This document shows, one piece after another, positions 59,352 through 64,000 of a stretch of DNA of 64,000 nucleotides (positions within the stretch are counted from its first letter, which is position 1; each line of letters starts with the position of its first letter). The stretch is taken from NCBI GenBank assembly GCA_017480745.1, contig JAFUSA010000008.1, positions 10,530 to 74,529 on the forward strand. The letters run 5' to 3'. Both the position numbers and the translations under genes were made by a program. The DNA is from Alphaproteobacteria bacterium (GTDB taxonomy: Bacteria; Pseudomonadota; Alphaproteobacteria; RF32; CAG-239). The notes beneath the pieces are model-generated. The model did not search any database and was not told where the DNA came from. It saw only the letters and a program-made list of their open reading frames with translations.

Positions 59352-60868
59352 TGGATACGGAAAAAACATTTGCTGCCATAGATAGAAGCATAAAAAAAAC
59401 AAATGCTAAATTAAAAAAAGAAGAAGTTAGTGTTGTGCGCTCAATTTCCGCCGGCGCTGCTATTGTCAGCGGTTTGGAAAAGGTAGAAATGGAGGAACTG
59501 TTAGAATTTCCGAACGGTGTTTTCGGAATGGTGCAAACACTTAACAGAGATTCTGTCGGTGTAGTTTTTTTGGATAGTTCCCGTTCCATAAAGGCAGGTG
59601 ATAGAGTGCAACGAACCGGCCGCGTTTTAGATGTTCCGGTATCGGAAAATCTGCTCGGGCGCGTTATCAATCCACTTGGAACTGCGTTAGACGGTAAAGC
59701 TCCAATTGCTTTCAGCGAGCGACGCAAAGTAGAGGTAGAAGCCGTGCCGATTATGGACAGAGCACCGGTAGATACACCGTTGCAAACCGGCATTAAGGCC
59801 GTTGATTCGTTTACGCCTATCGGACGCGGGCAACGTGAGCTTATTTTAGGAGATCGTCAAACCGGTAAAACGGCTATTGCACTCGATACTATGATTAACC
59901 AAAAAAACAGCGGCGTTATAAATATTTATTGTGCCATCGGGCAGCGCAATTCCGCTGTTTCCGGAGTTATTGCCGATTTGGAAAAATATGATGTTTTGCA
60001 AAATACAATAGTTGTTGTCGCTTCGGCTAATGACGAGGCCGGAATGCAATATGTTGCCCCATATGCGGCCACCTCAATCGGCGAATATTTTATGGAAAAA
60101 GGACGTGATGTGCTGATAGTTTATGATGATTTAACCAATCATGCCAGAGCCTACCGACAAATGTCGTTGTTGTTGCGTCGACCACCGGGACGCGAGGCTT
60201 TTCCGGGAGATATTTTTTACATTCACTCACGTCTGTTGGAGCGTTCAACACATTTGCGAGAGGAACTTGGCGGCGGTTCACTTACTTCTTTGCCGATTGT
60301 AGCAACCGAAGCCGGTAACATTTCCGCCTATATTCCTACTAACATTATTTCCATTACCGACGGGCAAATTTATTTATCGGCTCCAATGTTTCAAAAAGGT
60401 ATTATGCCGGCGATAGACACGGGAAAATCCGTTTCACGCGTAGGTGGAGATGCTCAATTACCGGCTTATAAATCGCTAATCGGACCGCTTAAATTGTTTT
60501 ATGCTCAATTTGAAGAGTTAGAATCATTTACAAAGTTCGGCACTCAACTGGATAAGGAAACACAAAAACGCATTGCCCGAGGACAAGCCATTCGCTTTGT
60601 TTTGGAACAAAGGCAATACCATCCTTTGCCGGCGGCAGATCAAATTGCCGTATTTATGAGCGCCAACGCCGGTTTATTTGACGGTTTGAACAATGAGAAG
60701 AACAATAAAGCGCAACAAATCGTTTTGGATGTTTTTCATACTCAGTTTGCCGATTTGCAGGCAGAAATAAATGCCCGAAAAAAACTGACCGAAGAGGAAA
60801 TAGCAGAATTAATTAACGCCATCAAACAAGGTTTAATACGAGAGGAATTATATTCTGATGCCGATTGA
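59351..60868 (+). CDS. atpA: N-ATPase alpha subunit
   Basis: Walker A GDRQTGKT. Confidence 0.9.
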   Translation: MDTEKTFAAIDRSIKKTNAKLKKEEVSVVRSISAGAAIVSGLEKVEMEELLEFPNGVFGMVQTLNRDSVGVVFLDSSRSIKAGDRVQRTGRVLDVPVSENLLGRVINPLGTALDGKAPIAFSERRKVEVEAVPIMDRAPVDTPLQTGIKAVDSFTPIGRGQRELILGDRQTGKTAIALDTMINQKNSGVINIYCAIGQRNSAVSGVIADLEKYDVLQNTIVVVASANDEAGMQYVAPYAATSIGEYFMEKGRDVLIVYDDLTNHARAYRQMSLLLRRPPGREAFPGDIFYIHSRLLERSTHLREELGGGSLTSLPIVATEAGNISAYIPTNIISITDGQIYLSAPMFQKGIMPAIDTGKSVSRVGGDAQLPAYKSLIGPLKLFYAQFEELESFTKFGTQLDKETQKRIARGQAIRFVLEQRQYHPLPAADQIAVFMSANAGLFDGLNNEKNNKAQQIVLDVFHTQFADLQAEINARKKLTEEEIAELINAIKQGLIREELYSDAD

Positions 60869-61736
60869 AGCCTTAAAAAGACGAATTAAAACAACCGAAG
60901 ATTTGCGCGAAATTGTCAATAATATGAAAATGCTTTCGTCGGTGAGTATTGGTCAATATGAACAAGCAAACGCCGTTTTAGATAAATATCGCCGCAACAT
61001 TCGCGATGCCTTTCATGCATTGATAATTAATCACGGAATTCCAAACATTAATAAACAGGCAATTATCAAAAATAAATATCTGTATGTTTTAATCGGCTCG
61101 GATAACGGAATGATCGGACGCTTTAATAAGGAAATTATTGAGGCCGTAAACAAGGATATGAAGCAACGTCATATTGCCAAACAAGATATTATTTTTATGA
61201 TTTTAGGCAAGCGTTTGGCAATGATGTCTGAGCAAACCGGTTGGAATTTATGGACATGTTACGGTATGGTTAACTCAGTAAAAGCCGTTGCCGGTTTGGC
61301 TGGAAGCGTAATTTTAAAAATAGATGAAGCAACCCGCAAAGAGCATGTTACAAATGTTTCCGTTTGGTTTCATCAGCGCAAAAACAACTCAACCGTTAAT
61401 TTGGAAAAACGCGATATTATTCCGTTTGCCGTAGAGCGTTTGCATAAGCTCAAAGCGCAAAAATGGGAAACGAATAATATTCCGATGTTACCGGTGGAAC
61501 CGCAAAAAATGTTTGCTGCTTTGGTCAAAGAAATGTTGATGAGTGCACTTTCAAAATTGATTAATTCTTCTTTGGCGGCGGAGCATTATACGCGTATGAC
61601 CAATATGCAAAATGCGGAAAAAAATATTGATGAAAACTTGGCTATTATGAATTTGGAATATCAACAACAGCGCCAAGAGGAGATAACCGACGAATTAATC
61701 GACGTTATCTCCGGCGCCGAAGCTATGAAAAAATAA
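60858..61736 (+). CDS. atpG: N-ATPase gamma subunit
   Basis: 292 aa; N- and C-terminal coiled-coil helices; overlaps atpA. Confidence 0.75.
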   Translation: MPIEALKRRIKTTEDLREIVNNMKMLSSVSIGQYEQANAVLDKYRRNIRDAFHALIINHGIPNINKQAIIKNKYLYVLIGSDNGMIGRFNKEIIEAVNKDMKQRHIAKQDIIFMILGKRLAMMSEQTGWNLWTCYGMVNSVKAVAGLAGSVILKIDEATRKEHVTNVSVWFHQRKNNSTVNLEKRDIIPFAVERLHKLKAQKWETNNIPMLPVEPQKMFAALVKEMLMSALSKLINSSLAAEHYTRMTNMQNAEKNIDENLAIMNLEYQQQRQEEITDELIDVISGAEAMKK

Positions 61737-61755
61737 GGTTATTTTTTCGCTCAAC

Positions 61756-61917
61756 GGCTTAGGATTGCTCGGCTACGAGGCAATTATGACGCGCGATTAT
61801 CCGGTAGTTTTCGGCACACTATACATCTTCGGCCTCTTGGGCTTAGTGATGAAACTAATCAGCGATATTACCTATTCACTGGTTGACCCGCGAATTAATT
61901 TTGAAAGCAACCGATGA
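61756..61917 (+). pseudogene. remnant of the C-terminal ~50 codons of an OppB/DppB-type ABC peptide permease
   Basis: Hand translation gives ..[55 protein letters not shown]. That matches the universal permease C-terminus (..RDYPVV..LL.DL.Y..VDPRIR), and no upstream body is present. Confidence 0.55.
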
Positions 61918-61981
61918 TAGGAAACATCGCCAATAGTTATTATGATGAGGCGCATTATAAGCAACTTTTCCGGTAAAATTG

Positions 61982-62656
61982 TTATTTATCAAATAGCAAA
62001 CGTAATGACGGACAAAGTGAAGTAAAATTATAAGATTTACATCCTTGCAATGCTGTAGAACAAAGAGAAACAGCATCTTCAAGACTAACAGTAGTGGTAT
62101 TAAAGTCATAAATATCTCGTGGATAATCTAAGCCAACAGATGATGCACCGGTATTACTCCAATCTTGACTGATCAACTCAATACACACTTCTTCGCTATA
62201 TGCTATTTGGTAATCAATATAAAATCCTCTTGTACCATACGTATCTAAATTAGTATTACCACCAAAAGCATTGCTAATCTCCGTAATTAATCCTGCGTTG
62301 TCTGTTACAACCATCTCATCGGGCAATATTTTAGCTTTTTTAATTACCGGACAACCATCACCGGATGATTGCCCCCCGCAAGGACTATTATTACACTCAC
62401 AATGCACTCCGTCATAATTGCCTTGCGGGGCAAAAAATGTTCTCACATTACCGGCAATAAGTGTTATTTGTTCAATCGTCTTATTGATGCGATATTTTTG
62501 CATTGCTTTTGAATATCCGGCTATTCCGCCAACCGATAAAACGCCGATTATGGCCAACACACCAAGCATTTCTATCATCGAACGACCACTCTGAGTGTTC
62601 TCTGTCATTGTGAGCGCAGCGTGGCAATTTATATTTTTAATTTCAAAGCTTTTCAT
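61982..62656 (-). CDS. type IV pilin-like protein, paralog 8
   Basis: Start MKSFEIKNINCHAALTMTENTQSGRS|MIEML..; CECNNSPCGGQSSGDGCPVIKKAKILPDEM; SEEVCIELISQDWS; C-terminal LCSTALQGC. Confidence 0.7.
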   Translation of the reverse strand: MKSFEIKNINCHAALTMTENTQSGRSMIEMLGVLAIIGVLSVGGIAGYSKAMQKYRINKTIEQITLIAGNVRTFFAPQGNYDGVHCECNNSPCGGQSSGDGCPVIKKAKILPDEMVVTDNAGLITEISNAFGGNTNLDTYGTRGFYIDYQIAYSEEVCIELISQDWSNTGASSVGLDYPRDIYDFNTTTVSLEDAVSLCSTALQGCKSYNFTSLCPSLRLLFDK

Positions 62657-62924
62657 AATTACATCTCCTTTTACAGAAAAACTGTTGATAAAAGACAATG
62701 CCGCCCAAAACGGCGGCAGGGGAGTTCGTAAATCATGTTATGGTAAATGACCCTTGCAATCTTTAAGCTAACGCTCTGAACATCCACTGCAAGCTCCCCG
62801 ACCAAATCGGAGACATTTATCACATATCCAATAACGGTGTAAGAAACACCTACCATAACAAGAGCCTACGACAGCCCCGAACCGAAGTTCTGTTTTACTA
62901 TACCACAAAAGTGGCAAAAGTCAA
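62657..62924 (-). promoter_or_regulatory. class-A pilin-cassette promoter + structured leader (minus strand)
   Basis: Reverse complement matches the class-A consensus, including GAACTTCGGTTCGGGGC, CTCCGATTTGGTCGGGGAG and the CTGCCGCCGTTTTGGGCGGC + T-run hairpin. Confidence 0.7.
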
Positions 62925-62970
62925 ATACTTTTTGCAAAAACGACCATAAAATTTTTATATATCTTTTAAT

Positions 62971-63996
62971 TTAGCTAAATTTTTTTACGGCGCCGGACAA
63001 ACGCAAAACCGTGTGATTTGCCACCTGTTCTGCCGGATATCCGGTGGTTTTGCAATCGCGTTCACACTCATAAAGAACTTTTAAGGCGCTTAATATTCTC
63101 TCTTTATTCCAAACCCTTAATTGTTTCATAAAATCGTTTTTGCGATAAAACATCAGTGGCGGACGAATAGATTTTAACGCCTCATCAACTGAAGTTCCTA
63201 TCTCTAATTTTGCAACACATTCAAGCAGCTTGCTGAAATGATATTCTATTTGCCGTATCAAAATTGCCGGTTCTTCTCCTTCTTTAATCAAGCGATTGAA
63301 CATATTGCAAGCCTTTAATACATTGCCGCCGGCAACATAATAACATAAATCTTCAAAATTTGCACCGGCAACATCGCTCACTGCCACATCCACGTCTTCA
63401 ATCGTTGCTAACTTGCGTTCACCCAAATAAAGAGCTAATTTATCAATTTCGCTTTGATTAACTTTTCTATCCGGCGAAAGGCGGGCTGTCAGAGCCTGTA
63501 TAGTTGCAGCGTCTGCTGATATGCCATATTCTTGCAACATTTTAACTGTATCCTCGGCGATATCCGTTTCACGCTCTTCATAACAGCCGACAGTTATAAC
63601 ATCCGCCCTATCCTTTGCCCATGCAATTAAACCTGATTTTGTATTTAAACTTGTAGAAGAAATAACCAACAAATTTTCGCCATCATAGTCCGGCAACATT
63701 GATTTAAGTAACGGCGCCAAATTATTATCGGCATTTTTAACAACAGTAACACGTCTGCCGCCCATCAACGATTGTGCATGATAGTCAGCATAAATCTCAG
63801 CACCATCTTTTGATATATTTTCCATTTGCAAAACAGTGCAACCAAAGGCGTCATTTGCCGTGCCACAAACAGCTTCAACACACTTCTTTTGCAACATGGC
63901 GATTTCCCCTTCGTTTGTTCCAAAGAGAATCACGCACTTAACTTCCGGATTTGGAGCTTTATAAAAACGCTCTAATTGCTCGGGCTTAAAATTCAT
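62971..63996 (-). CDS. holA: DNA polymerase III delta subunit
   Basis: 341 aa; N-terminal clamp-loader fold pattern (VILFGTNEGEI..). Start near the window end. Confidence 0.6.
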   Translation of the reverse strand: MNFKPEQLERFYKAPNPEVKCVILFGTNEGEIAMLQKKCVEAVCGTANDAFGCTVLQMENISKDGAEIYADYHAQSLMGGRRVTVVKNADNNLAPLLKSMLPDYDGENLLVISSTSLNTKSGLIAWAKDRADVITVGCYEERETDIAEDTVKMLQEYGISADAATIQALTARLSPDRKVNQSEIDKLALYLGERKLATIEDVDVAVSDVAGANFEDLCYYVAGGNVLKACNMFNRLIKEGEEPAILIRQIEYHFSKLLECVAKLEIGTSVDEALKSIRPPLMFYRKNDFMKQLRVWNKERILSALKVLYECERDCKTTGYPAEQVANHTVLRLSGAVKKFS

Positions 63997-64000
63997 CCGG

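Overview
This is about 64 kb of an AT-rich bacterial chromosome (GC content not computed). It is probably alphaproteobacterial. The markers for that are a circularly permuted two-piece ssrA with tag ANDNFAPVAVAA, adjacent lpxI and lpxB, and alpha-type S4 and 41-aa L36. The housekeeping backbone is conventional: trkH, metG, rsmI-yraN, rpsD, lnt-ybeY-phoH-miaB, lpxI-lpxB-comEC, adhE, lpxA, rsmB, sodC and holA. It also holds three tRNAs (Glu-CUC, Arg-UCU, Gly-CCC). A complete N-type (Na+/H+ 'N-ATPase') ATP synthase operon is present in the order beta, epsilon, AtpQ, AtpR, a, c, b, alpha, gamma, with no delta gene.

The standout feature is a dispersed family of eight single-gene cassettes, one every ~5-10 kb on both strands. 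Each encodes a type-IV-pilin-like protein: a class-III signal peptide with G|RSMIEML then a hydrophobic helix, a conserved PEEACIEL..DW motif, and a C-terminal Cys pair. Seven of the eight are driven by a near-identical sigma70-like promoter (TTGACT-16-TATAGT type). That promoter is followed by a ~230-250 nt conserved, apparently structured 5' leader. The leader comes in two sequence classes (A in 5 copies, B in 2 copies) and ends in a terminator-like hairpin plus U-run just upstream of the SD. This looks like an undescribed cis-regulatory RNA / attenuator family controlling a variable pilin-like multigene family.

Other notable items are a 92-bp att-like duplication of the tRNA-Gly 3' end, a Cys/His-rich metallothionein-like membrane protein next to a twice-repeated hairpin element, a kinase-pyrophosphatase-NUDIX fusion, tandem secreted paralogs, and a peptide-permease gene remnant. 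No CRISPR array, transposase or integrase was seen.
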